Origin: an uncultured archaeon
GTDB taxonomy: Archaea > Asgardarchaeota > Lokiarchaeia > Sigyniarchaeales > SOKP01
Assembly: GCA_964447495.1 (NCBI GenBank)
Contig: CAYUTF010000002.1
Location: 32,001 to 96,000 of the forward strand
Direction of reading: 5' to 3'
Length of the DNA: 64,000 nt
Shown here: in pieces, positions 1-9,716 of the stretch
Numbering within the stretch: position 1 is the first letter of the stretch
How the letters are laid out: each line of letters begins with the position of its first letter
The notes under the pieces: generated by a model
Seen by the model: the letters and a program-made list of their open reading frames with translations, nothing else
What the model was told of the DNA's origin: nothing
Database searches by the model: none
Position numbers and translations under genes: made by a program

Positions 1-224
1 GTTGGATGTTTCTTCCACTCATAATCGTTGTAGAAAACCGCGAATGGAAGGATCCGATTAAAATTATAACTATCATCTTAGTTATAAGCTGGGGGATATT
101 CGTTGGACTCTCTCGAATTGTCGTGGGAGCACATTACGCATCAGATGTTCTTTTTTCCACAGGAGTAGCAACCATTACAACCCTTCTTTTATATCGAAAA
201 TTTTATCTTAAAAGAAATGATTAA
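1..224 (+). CDS. PAP2-family phosphatase, C-terminal part (truncated by window edge)
   Basis: SRIVVGAHYASDV matches PAP2 motif 3 (SRxxxxxHxxxD); hydrophobic helices. Confidence 0.8.
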   Translation, partial: WMFLPLIIVVENREWKDPIKIITIILVISWGIFVGLSRIVVGAHYASDVLFSTGVATITTLLLYRKFYLKRND

Positions 225-245
225 AGTTACCTTGAACGATATATA

Positions 246-905
246 ATGAATAAAATTACTAATAACGTATACCATGTGGGAGATTCAGGGTGTTCAGTAT
301 ATCTAGTTAATACTCAATCAGTAGATGGTTTAATTTTAATTGATTGTGGTATGAGCCTGGAGATGATAAAAGCTATCGCAAAGGTAAATTTAGATCCAAA
401 TAATATACGGCACTGCATCTTAACACATTTCCATATCGATCATATAGGCGCATGCCATGATTTAAAGAAATTCAACAATATGGTAAAGTTTTATGCTCAT
501 GAATTGGACGCAAAGGCAATTGAAGAGAAAGGTCATGATGAGCAAACTGCAGCTTCTTGGTATGGAGTTAAGTATAATCCAATTACTCTTGAAAAAAGAC
601 TAAAAGCAGAGACTGAGATTTTAAAATTTGGAGACTTTGAATTTAAATGTATCCACACACCAGGACATACACCTGGCTCAATTTCCGTTTATTTAGAAAT
701 AGATAATAAAAAGATTCTATTTGGGCAAGATATCCACGGTCCTTTTTACCCTGCTTTTGGATCTAATTTAAAAGATTATCAAAAATCGATGGAAAAATTA
801 CTTTCCTTGGATGCGGATATCCTTTGTGAAGGTCACTTCGGTATTTTTGAACCCGCAGAAGAAGTCTATAAATATATCAAGAGATACATGAATCTAAATA
901 AATAA
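246..905 (+). CDS. Metallo-beta-lactamase-fold hydrolase
   Basis: THFHIDHIG (HxHxDH), HTPGHTPGS, C-terminal EGH. Confidence 0.9.
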   Translation: MNKITNNVYHVGDSGCSVYLVNTQSVDGLILIDCGMSLEMIKAIAKVNLDPNNIRHCILTHFHIDHIGACHDLKKFNNMVKFYAHELDAKAIEEKGHDEQTAASWYGVKYNPITLEKRLKAETEILKFGDFEFKCIHTPGHTPGSISVYLEIDNKKILFGQDIHGPFYPAFGSNLKDYQKSMEKLLSLDADILCEGHFGIFEPAEEVYKYIKRYMNLNK

Positions 906-1000
906 TGAATTTATTTACCACTTTTAATAATAGGAATATTTTAACAAATTTTAAATTAGAAAACGTTTAACTTAATTTATTGGGATTTTAGGTTTGTATT

Positions 1001-1837
1001 ATGCTGCATGTGTTATGGCAAGGTTTTAACGAAGCGTGGAGACGTTTCGAGTATGATTACATCTTTATTGATGGAGTTTTCTTTTTAGTGTGGCTAACCA
1101 TACTAATTAAAAAAAAGAAATGGAACCCTATCAAATTTGGCGCCATAACAGGTATTATCGTATATTTTATAGATGCAATATTTTGGTGGAATCTGCCCGC
1201 AGGTATTAATTATCCCAATGGGACAACAATTAGAGAATATTGGATCGGGGGAGTTAAGGTGCCCACATCATACGGTCAGTATTTCTGGGTAAAGTTTGGT
1301 GCGGATTTTATGATGTGTTTTTCTTATTCTATGTTTATTTTTGCATGGTTATGGATAATGCTTGAAAATTATATAAAGAAGAATGTAAAAGAAATTGTCC
1401 TTTTTACGGGAATCTTTTTTAGCGCGTGGTTATTAACTCCTTTTCTCTCAATTTGGCTCCCAATTAATAATACCTTAGTTGAAACCGTTAGGCATATGGA
1501 TACTCAGATGATAGTATGGTTTATCAATGCAACCTTAGGATATATTATCCTTTGCATTATTTACGGAACGAATAAATTTGGGAAAAAAAATCTAAAATAT
1601 ATTGGGTATACCTTTATTATTGGGTGTTTAGGTTCCTTCTTCATGGAATTTCCATTATTTATTACGGGTATTCGTCCCACAGGCATTGATTTTTTAATAT
1701 TTGAAATTTTTATCCTGTTTAATCAAGGGGCGCCTTATTTATTTATCGCCTACGATATTGTCCTTCCTAAAGTGACAAAATTCATAAAAACAAAATCAAG
1801 GAAAGGGCACAGAACAAGAAATTGTATTATTAAATAA
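1001..1837 (+). CDS. Multi-pass membrane protein, function unknown
   Basis: 278 aa ORF with several hydrophobic segments. Confidence 0.7.
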   Translation: MLHVLWQGFNEAWRRFEYDYIFIDGVFFLVWLTILIKKKKWNPIKFGAITGIIVYFIDAIFWWNLPAGINYPNGTTIREYWIGGVKVPTSYGQYFWVKFGADFMMCFSYSMFIFAWLWIMLENYIKKNVKEIVLFTGIFFSAWLLTPFLSIWLPINNTLVETVRHMDTQMIVWFINATLGYIILCIIYGTNKFGKKNLKYIGYTFIIGCLGSFFMEFPLFITGIRPTGIDFLIFEIFILFNQGAPYLFIAYDIVLPKVTKFIKTKSRKGHRTRNCIIK

Positions 1838-1855
1838 ATAAAAGGTTTAAATTAA

Positions 1856-4800
1856 TTATTTCAAATTACTTTTTATCACTTTGATATTGCTCTTCAAGAT
1901 TTTAATGAGAGGATGTTTATTGAATCCGCTCGAAACCAGAATTTTAAGAGCTTCTTCATGTCGGGTCATCGCTTCAGCATAACTTTTCTGATCTAAATAT
2001 ATCAAACCCATCTTATAATTAGTATCCGCTAATCCTCTTTTGTCATCTAATTTCTTAAATAAAGAAAGGGCCTCATTACACGTTTTCCATGCTTTTGTAT
2101 AATCTTTTTGATTGAGTTGGACTAAAGTTAAGTTATTTAAATATTCTGCCCTCTTGACTTCATCTTTTATTTTCCCTGCAATTTTTGCTGCTTCTTCAAA
2201 TCTTTTTGATGCAATATCATACTTCGCGTCATCTAAATAGATTAATCCGATGTTATTTAGACTTTCAGCTTTTCTTGATAAATTATTTAATTCTTCATCT
2301 ACTTTTAATGCTTCTTCAAAAGTCTTTAAAGCTTGAAGGTAATCTCCTTTATCTCGATATATTAGTGCAGTATTAAAGTAATTTACTGCTTTCTCTTCAG
2401 ATGATCCTAAGACTTTGAAGATTTTCACCGCTTTATCGTACCATTTTAGTGATTGTTCATAATTACCTTGATCTTGGTACACTAAGGCAATATTGTTCAA
2501 GCTCTCTGTTTTTCCAATTAGATCGCCCCTTTTTTCGAATAATTCTAAAGCTAAATTGTATCGTTTTAATGCATCCTTATAAATTCCAAGTTTGTAATAA
2601 CCCCATCCAATTTTATTAAATATTGATGCTTTCTTGTCTAAATCATCTAATTGTTTCGCTATTTTTAGTGCTTCATTATACCACTTTAAGGCTTCAGTAA
2701 AATCTCGTGAATTTTCATAAATGGACCCAATATTATCAAAACATTCGTAAATTCCTTCGAAGTTTTCAATTTCAACAAAGATTTTATAGGCTTGCTCATA
2801 CCATCCTAAAGCTTCCGTAAAAAGATTTTGTTCTTGATATAATTTACCGATTTTTCTTATAATTGTAGCTTGATTCGTTAAATTCCCTAATTGCTCCTCG
2901 ATATCTAATGCTTCTCGATAACTTTTTAGGACATCATCATACTTTTTATGTATAAGAAATATCGCTGCGATACTTGTAAGCCGTAACGCTTTTCCTTTCA
3001 AGTTAGCTAATTGTTCATCAATTTTCAATGCCTCTTCATACCATTTTAGGGCTTCAGGATAAGTTTCTTCATCATAATAAATATCTCCGATGCTATAATA
3101 GATATCTGCTTTCTTTTCAAGATTACCTAATTTCTCAGCAATATAAATCGCCTCATTGAACCGTCTTATTGCTTCGGGATAATGTTTTTGCGATTGATAA
3201 ATCTTTCCAATAATGGTTAATATTTCAACTTGATCTTCATAATTTCCCAGTTGATCAGCGATTATAAGCGATTCTTCATAATGCTTTAATGCTTCCAGAA
3301 AATCCCATTGATCTTTATATATGCTACCTATGATGTTTAAACAATGAGATTTTTTAGTTAAATTTCCAATTTGTTCTGCAATTTCAACAGCTTCTTCAAA
3401 TTTTTTTAAAGCTTCATCTAAATCGCCTAAATAATTATAATTCAAACCAATATAGTGTAGACTATCGATTTTTCCTTCCATATTTCCTTCAGCAGTAAAT
3501 ATTTCTAGAGCTTCTTCAAACTTTTTCAAAGCTTCATTATATTCTCCTTGATCTTGATAAATAGAACCAATTTTATTAAGTAAATCGGCTTGGTTTTCTA
3601 TTAAGTTTAAATTTGTGAATATATTTAAAGCATCTTTATATCTATTTAAAGCCTCTGTGAAATTCGCTTGTTCTTGATAATAAAATCCAATATTTTTTAG
3701 ACTTTCAGCACTTCCTTCAAGATTTTCTAAATCTTCATATACTTCAAGAGCCTCTTGGTAACTATTTAAAGCTTCACCGAATTTACGTTGTTCTAAATAA
3801 ATTTCTCCAATAATATTAAGAACTTCAGCTTTCCCTTTCATGTCCTCAAGAGCCTCATACATTTTTAAAGAATTGCCAAACTTTACTAATGATTTTTCAT
3901 AGTTCTTCTGTTTCTTATAAATTAGACCAATATTTACCTGTACATCTACTTTTCCTTTAAGTTTTCCAAGTTCCTCATATAATTGAAAAGATTCTTCAAA
4001 CCACCGTAGGGCTTCGTTGTACTTATCTTGTATATAATATATATTTCCAATCTGAAGAGAATAATCTGCTATTTGTTCTTTATTACCTTCTTCTTCAGCG
4101 ATAGAATATCCATCTTCAAATAATTCTAGCGCTTTTGGATAATTCCACTGATCGAGATAAATTAAACCCATATTTTTGATGGTTTTAAGTTTTCCGATAA
4201 CATTCTGATATCGCTCATATATCTCGAAAGCTTTATTGCATAATTCAATTCCTTTAATTGAATCACCATCTAGATGATAAACCATTCCTAATAGATTATA
4301 TATGTCTGCTTTCTCTTCAACATTTTCTAATTGTTCATTAATTTCTAATGAATCTTCAAGATATTGTATCGCTTTTTGATAATTTTTCTTAAAGTAATAT
4401 ATTTTTCCAATTTCTTTAAGATTTTTAGCTTTTTCCCGATTATTGTCGACCTTTTCGTTTATTTTAATTGCTATTTCATAGTTTTTTAGCGCGTCATCAT
4501 ATTTTTCTTGTTTACGATAAATACTGGCATAATGTTTCATAATCTTAGATTTTTCAGTTAAATCTTTAGACTTTTCATTTTCTTTAGATGCCAAATCAAA
4601 GTATTTTATCGCTTCGGAAAATTCATTTTGTTTTTGATTAATTAAAGCTATGTATTTAAAAATAGTACTTCTTTGAGCATAATTTTTTATTTTAATTTGA
4701 GCTTGTATTGCTTTTTGGAACCATTCTAATGATTTTTCATAATCCCCTTTATCAAAATTAATTTTACCCATTTCTACTAATGCTAATGATTTCCACACTT

Positions 4801-5965
4801 TATTGTCTGATTCATCGGCAATCCTGTAAATTCTTTCTAAACATCTTAGAGCGTCTGTATAATTATAGGTTTCATAATAAATTTTGTGAGTAACAAATAA
4901 TTTCGTAATTTCATTTGGTTCCTCTATAACCTTTGGAATCCAATTATTGATATCCAATGTGAACTGATCAGAGTCTAATGATTCTTTCGATTTAATAAAA
5001 TTAGTAATAAAATCTGATGTATTAATATCAATTCTATATATACCTAAAGAGGGATTTATGTGTTTAAGATTAAAAAGGATTAGATCTAGTCCATCAGCTT
5101 TCTCTGAATCTTGAATGTTTTGGAGGGAATATTCATGAATTTCGAGCTTCTTTCTTGCATCATCTACATGGTGTATCCATATTAAGTTTTCTAATTCTTT
5201 CATTACTTTTAAATTAGATAGGATATCATAATCATTATTTCCAGAATATCCCATTACAATAAGAGAACGTCCTTTTGTAAGATTGTCCAGAACCAATGAT
5301 TTAAATGGTTCTAATTGAATGAGACTGTTTCTTTCATGATTAAGGCTTATTAATTTAATGGTATTGACAAAGCTTTTTTTGGTGTTTTCACCAGTTATTA
5401 TATTCTTCGGTGAACCATGTATTTTATAAATAGGTGCTTTTCCACTTTTTATTAACTTCTCAGGATCCGAGTATTTATTAAAATCTTTTTCTGTGATTAC
5501 AGGAATTATTTTTTTCTTTGGTAATTCTGATTTTAATAACGCTTGTTCGATTAGATTATCAAAATTAGTAGTTATAACATAATTACCTTTCTTAAGCATT
5601 TCTGATAGAAAGAAATGAACGATATTTGGTTTATCACATTCAAGATAATAATCAACTATGTTTAAATCCTCATCAAGTATTTCACGTATTATCTCTAAAA
5701 GAACCTCAAATTTTAAATTCTCTATTTTTAATATATTATCAACTTCTGATTTTAAATTCTCTATTTTTAATATGTTATCAACTTCTGAAGGAGAACATAC
5801 ATATTTAATTAATTCCTTCATCATATCACGAGCAATAGGTAATCTTGAAGGGGACTTAACTGAAATTCCTGCTCCTACGAGAAAAGTGAGCCCTTGAGAT
5901 TCATTTAATAATTGAGTAATATCTAAATCAGAAGGTTTTTTAATTGAACTCAAATAAATTCGCAC
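1856..5965 (-). CDS. SIR2-like domain fused to a long TPR array
   Basis: FLVGAGIS, ITTNFD, KIHGS, VMGYSG motifs of SIR2_2-type domains, then >20 TPR-like repeats (GxIYxxQGxYxEALxxYEEAL). Confidence 0.85.
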   Translation of the reverse strand: MRIYLSSIKKPSDLDITQLLNESQGLTFLVGAGISVKSPSRLPIARDMMKELIKYVCSPSEVDNILKIENLKSEVDNILKIENLKFEVLLEIIREILDEDLNIVDYYLECDKPNIVHFFLSEMLKKGNYVITTNFDNLIEQALLKSELPKKKIIPVITEKDFNKYSDPEKLIKSGKAPIYKIHGSPKNIITGENTKKSFVNTIKLISLNHERNSLIQLEPFKSLVLDNLTKGRSLIVMGYSGNNDYDILSNLKVMKELENLIWIHHVDDARKKLEIHEYSLQNIQDSEKADGLDLILFNLKHINPSLGIYRIDINTSDFITNFIKSKESLDSDQFTLDINNWIPKVIEEPNEITKLFVTHKIYYETYNYTDALRCLERIYRIADESDNKVWKSLALVEMGKINFDKGDYEKSLEWFQKAIQAQIKIKNYAQRSTIFKYIALINQKQNEFSEAIKYFDLASKENEKSKDLTEKSKIMKHYASIYRKQEKYDDALKNYEIAIKINEKVDNNREKAKNLKEIGKIYYFKKNYQKAIQYLEDSLEINEQLENVEEKADIYNLLGMVYHLDGDSIKGIELCNKAFEIYERYQNVIGKLKTIKNMGLIYLDQWNYPKALELFEDGYSIAEEEGNKEQIADYSLQIGNIYYIQDKYNEALRWFEESFQLYEELGKLKGKVDVQVNIGLIYKKQKNYEKSLVKFGNSLKMYEALEDMKGKAEVLNIIGEIYLEQRKFGEALNSYQEALEVYEDLENLEGSAESLKNIGFYYQEQANFTEALNRYKDALNIFTNLNLIENQADLLNKIGSIYQDQGEYNEALKKFEEALEIFTAEGNMEGKIDSLHYIGLNYNYLGDLDEALKKFEEAVEIAEQIGNLTKKSHCLNIIGSIYKDQWDFLEALKHYEESLIIADQLGNYEDQVEILTIIGKIYQSQKHYPEAIRRFNEAIYIAEKLGNLEKKADIYYSIGDIYYDEETYPEALKWYEEALKIDEQLANLKGKALRLTSIAAIFLIHKKYDDVLKSYREALDIEEQLGNLTNQATIIRKIGKLYQEQNLFTEALGWYEQAYKIFVEIENFEGIYECFDNIGSIYENSRDFTEALKWYNEALKIAKQLDDLDKKASIFNKIGWGYYKLGIYKDALKRYNLALELFEKRGDLIGKTESLNNIALVYQDQGNYEQSLKWYDKAVKIFKVLGSSEEKAVNYFNTALIYRDKGDYLQALKTFEEALKVDEELNNLSRKAESLNNIGLIYLDDAKYDIASKRFEEAAKIAGKIKDEVKRAEYLNNLTLVQLNQKDYTKAWKTCNEALSLFKKLDDKRGLADTNYKMGLIYLDQKSYAEAMTRHEEALKILVSSGFNKHPLIKILKSNIKVIKSNLK
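5711..5788. repeat. 39-bp tandem duplication within the SIR2 domain
   Basis: ttttaaattctctatttttaatat(a/g)ttatcaacttctga at 5711-5749 and 5750-5788, one mismatch; encodes SEVDNILKIENLK twice. Confidence 0.95.
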
Positions 5966-6079
5966 CCTTAAAAATTATGTATTTAGATAAGAAGAGGATT
6001 TATTACTAATCTTAAATAATTTTGGTTTATAATTACAAAAAAGTTTGTTATAATAAATATCAGATCATAGGTTCTATTC

Positions 6080-6898
6080 CTAAAAACTGAAAAATAATTC
6101 AATTTCTTTTGTAATTTTAATGATATCTTCTACACTATACGGATCATGATCCATATTCTTAATGACAACTAATTCAAGATTAGGCAGGTGATTTAGGATT
6201 TTTGCTCTTAATTCTGATAAATTTATTAACTTATCCTTATCACCCAAAATTATTTTTAAGTTTTTATAAGAGATATTACTTAAATTCTTTTCAATTTGAA
6301 ATTCGTCCATGGTTAATTCCAATTTCACTTTTGAAATGAAATCTTCGACATTTTCAATACCATGAACGTTCCCTGGGAGAAATCGATTTATATAATATAA
6401 GTTTCTCGCAAAATCGTTATTTAATACGATCTTTTCTATATTAAGGGTGGGGGATAATAGCAGAAGTTTGTTTATATAATCGGTCTGTGAGCATAATATT
6501 AGCGCGATGTAAGCCCCGAAATCATAAGCAAGAACGTTTAGTTCCGTATTATCGAAAATTAAATTTTGTTGCATGATTTTTACAAACTCAATAACTTTTA
6601 TAGCGTCTGAAACCTGATTATTAAGTGAAATTACTCCTTCACTATCTCTATACCCCCTAAAATTAAAAACTAAAAATGCATATCCAGAATCAAGAAGAAA
6701 TTTATATGTCTTAACTATTTCGCTCAAAGTAAAGATTTGAGGAAATCCGGGGAAAAATATTATCAAAGGATAAGGCTTTTGATATATCTCTGGAGGAAAG
6801 TAAAGGAGTCCACGAAAAATCTGCTCTTCGTTATGAATTTCAACAACTGACACTTCATAAGGACCATCAAATTGTTTTTCTTTAAATTCCATGATCAT
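6080..6898 (-). CDS. Alpha/beta-hydrolase-fold protein with atypical nucleophile elbow
   Basis: FNFRGYRDSEG, AYDFGA in place of GxSxG, GDKD and DH near the C-terminus. Confidence 0.75.
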   Translation of the reverse strand: MIMEFKEKQFDGPYEVSVVEIHNEEQIFRGLLYFPPEIYQKPYPLIIFFPGFPQIFTLSEIVKTYKFLLDSGYAFLVFNFRGYRDSEGVISLNNQVSDAIKVIEFVKIMQQNLIFDNTELNVLAYDFGAYIALILCSQTDYINKLLLLSPTLNIEKIVLNNDFARNLYYINRFLPGNVHGIENVEDFISKVKLELTMDEFQIEKNLSNISYKNLKIILGDKDKLINLSELRAKILNHLPNLELVVIKNMDHDPYSVEDIIKITKEIELFFSF

Positions 6899-6989
6899 TT
6901 TAATCTTATTTGATAAACAGATAACTTATTCTTTATTTATTAATTAGTTAAAAGTAAAGAAAAATTCATCATTTTTAAAGGGATAAAGT

Positions 6990-7853
6990 ATGAAATTCGA
7001 AGATTATCATACACATAATTCATTATGTCGACATGCGACTGGTACTCTTCAAGATTATCTAAATAAAGCATTAGAATATGATTTGGGCTTAATTGGCTTC
7101 AGTGATCATTTTCCGTATGATTATTTATGTGATTTTGTACCCGAATTTGAAACTATCCCTTACCAAGAATATTCTATGCGGTTATCAGAAGTTGACGGGT
7201 ATATCTCTGAGCTAAAAAAGTTAAAAAAGAAACTAAAAGATAGAATTCAGATTAAAATCGGATTTGAACTCGATTATTTCGAAAATCAGGAAAAAAATAC
7301 TATTAATGCTCTTAATAGTTATTTAAACGATTTAGATTATATATATGGTTCCGTTCATATATTACCTACTAAAACAGGCTTATTTGCTTTTGATGATAGT
7401 AGGTTTCTGCAGAAATATAATGAATTTGAAAATATAGATGAGATTTATTTGAAATATTATGATACTTTGCAAAAAATGATAAACTCAACTACTTTTGTCT
7501 GTGATATTATAAGTCATTTTGATCTCCCGAAAAAATTTAATAAGCCATTTATCAATCAAGATTTAATCATGAATAAAGTTTCAGAAACGCTTGAATTAGC
7601 TAAAAAGAAAAATTTGGTTATCGAAATTAATTCAAGCGGGTTAAGAAAAGAAGTTCACGAGCAATATCCTAGTAAGGAAATCCTTAAAATAATGTATGAA
7701 TTAGATATTCCGGTAATATTAGGGTCTGATGCTCATCATCCAGATGAATTAGCATATGAGTTTAAGAGCATAATCACCTTATTAAGAGAAATTGGATATA
7801 ATTATCTAGCTCATTTTGATAAAAGAAAGAGAAGCTTTATTGAAATATCATAA
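6990..7853 (+). CDS. Histidinol-phosphatase, PHP (HisJ/HisK) family
   Basis: DYHTH, FSDHFP, GSVH, SHFDLPKK, GSDAHHP. Confidence 0.85.
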   Translation: MKFEDYHTHNSLCRHATGTLQDYLNKALEYDLGLIGFSDHFPYDYLCDFVPEFETIPYQEYSMRLSEVDGYISELKKLKKKLKDRIQIKIGFELDYFENQEKNTINALNSYLNDLDYIYGSVHILPTKTGLFAFDDSRFLQKYNEFENIDEIYLKYYDTLQKMINSTTFVCDIISHFDLPKKFNKPFINQDLIMNKVSETLELAKKKNLVIEINSSGLRKEVHEQYPSKEILKIMYELDIPVILGSDAHHPDELAYEFKSIITLLREIGYNYLAHFDKRKRSFIEIS

Positions 7854-7899
7854 TTTATTAAGAAAGAAATCTAAAATTTAATAACTATCAGTAATATGT

Positions 7900-8730
7900 T
7901 TATTCAATTTTTCTGGAACGAAGCCATCCTTCCATTACGATACTTTTAAAGAATTTAACGTGTTTTGAGTCTTTTGTATGGATCACTAAATGATTATCTT
8001 CTGAATTTCCGATAACCGCAAATAACAACTCTTCCCCATCTCTATCCATTACGTATCTGTCTTTAGCTTCATACATTCTTATTGATATATTATCAAGACT
8101 TTCAAATTCTTCTAACAATTCAGCGTCTTCTTCCAATCCTGGATCTATATAACAAGAAATTTTCATATTAACAGAAGACCGCACTTCATATAATAACAAG
8201 TGTTGAAGATCTTTTATATTGGGTACAGCAATAGTGACATTGTGAAGAGCATTCATTAAAATTTCCTTCATTTTGGTCAATATTTTACTTTTTGATATAT
8301 CAATATTTGTCCAGTCAATAATTTTAGAACCTGAAGCTGCTGCTAATTGATTTCTTATTTTTTCATTTTCATTTTCCAATAATTCTAAGTCTTCATCCGC
8401 TTTTTTTAATTCTCCTTGTAAAATTTCAAGTTTCCCTTGAATATCAGCAATTTCCTTATCCTTCTCTTCAAGTTTAGACTTTTCAACTCTCGTATCTAAT
8501 AAAACTTTAATTTCTTTTCCTTTTAACTCCACCGATTTCTCTAGAGTGCTAATTTTCTCATCTTTAATTTTTAATGAGCTATCTAATGTTTCGATTTGCT
8601 GACTTTTCAAGTTCATAGAATCTTTAATTGTCTTAATCTGATCTTCTTTAAGATTCATCGCTCGTTGTAAATTAACGATTAAATCATCTTTAGTTTTTAG
8701 CTGTTCATCTTTAATTTCTTTATCATCCAT
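7900..8730 (-). CDS. Coiled-coil protein with globular C-terminal domain (possibly TrmB middle-domain-like)
   Basis: heptad-rich N-terminal half (LKxKDxxI repeats); alpha/beta C-terminal half. Confidence 0.6.
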   Translation of the reverse strand: MDDKEIKDEQLKTKDDLIVNLQRAMNLKEDQIKTIKDSMNLKSQQIETLDSSLKIKDEKISTLEKSVELKGKEIKVLLDTRVEKSKLEEKDKEIADIQGKLEILQGELKKADEDLELLENENEKIRNQLAAASGSKIIDWTNIDISKSKILTKMKEILMNALHNVTIAVPNIKDLQHLLLYEVRSSVNMKISCYIDPGLEEDAELLEEFESLDNISIRMYEAKDRYVMDRDGEELLFAVIGNSEDNHLVIHTKDSKHVKFFKSIVMEGWLRSRKIE

Positions 8731-8975
8731 GTTTTCATTAACTTTCTTTTCATTGATTCTTTTAATAAATATAAAAAAATTCCTTTTTAATTGTTAGTTA
8801 AATAATATTGTTACTCTAATAAATATTAAAATATTTGAGTAAATTTATAATTTAAATTATAAAACTCATTTAATTATTTTTTATATATTTGCTAAAGATT
8901 TAATTCTTTTTGCACATTAATAGAACGATTATTATTTAGAATAGTTTTAAATTTGAGTACTGTTATTATAATCTC

Positions 8976-9710
8976 ATGAGCTCAGAACCAAATTTTAAAG
9001 ATTTAGAAAACGATATTACAGAAATTCTCGAAAAAGAGATGAAAGAAAATGCGGGGATTCTTGGAATAACAATTTCTTCTCATGGAGGTACACACTTAGC
9101 TAGTAAATTTAAAAAAGATATCGCTATGAAAAGAACTGAGATTTCAGCAGCAAGTAGTAGTTTAGTATTTTTATCTTCAAAAATGTTACAAGATGCATTA
9201 AATCAGAAAATTTCCTATAATTTGATTACTGGCAGTAAACGCATTATCCTATCAATCCTGACCGAAAATATAGCAATGATCTCATATTTAAATCGAGAAA
9301 TCGCTGAACTTGAAGGATTGGATACATATATCAACACTTTGAAAAAATTTTCCATGAAACTTTCCGCAATAATTGCAACATCAGATCTAATTAAAGAAGA
9401 GATTTTTGTTGCTATAAAGAGAGCAATTCCAAACGCTCTAGTAATAGCGATAATGACTAAAGATGGACTCCCCATTAAAATTCAATCAACGATGCCAGAA
9501 CCGATACTTTCCGCCATGACATCCGCAATATATAATCTATCAAGTGTTTTATTAGAAGGTGGTTTGGAATTCTCAATAATTGGGGGTGAAAATGGATCTA
9601 TCATTATCCATGAACTCGACAAAAATCGTATTATAGCAATTGCTGTACCTGAGGCGAATGAAAAAAAACTAGGAAGCTATATTGCTAAAATAAAAACTAT
9701 AATCGAATAA
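8976..9710 (+). CDS. Tandem roadblock/LC7-domain protein
   Basis: two ~120 aa units (ISSHGGTHLAS...ISAASSSL; IMTKDGLPI...LSAMTSAI...GENGSIII). Confidence 0.8.
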   Translation: MSSEPNFKDLENDITEILEKEMKENAGILGITISSHGGTHLASKFKKDIAMKRTEISAASSSLVFLSSKMLQDALNQKISYNLITGSKRIILSILTENIAMISYLNREIAELEGLDTYINTLKKFSMKLSAIIATSDLIKEEIFVAIKRAIPNALVIAIMTKDGLPIKIQSTMPEPILSAMTSAIYNLSSVLLEGGLEFSIIGGENGSIIIHELDKNRIIAIAVPEANEKKLGSYIAKIKTIIE

Positions 9711-9716
9711 GATACT

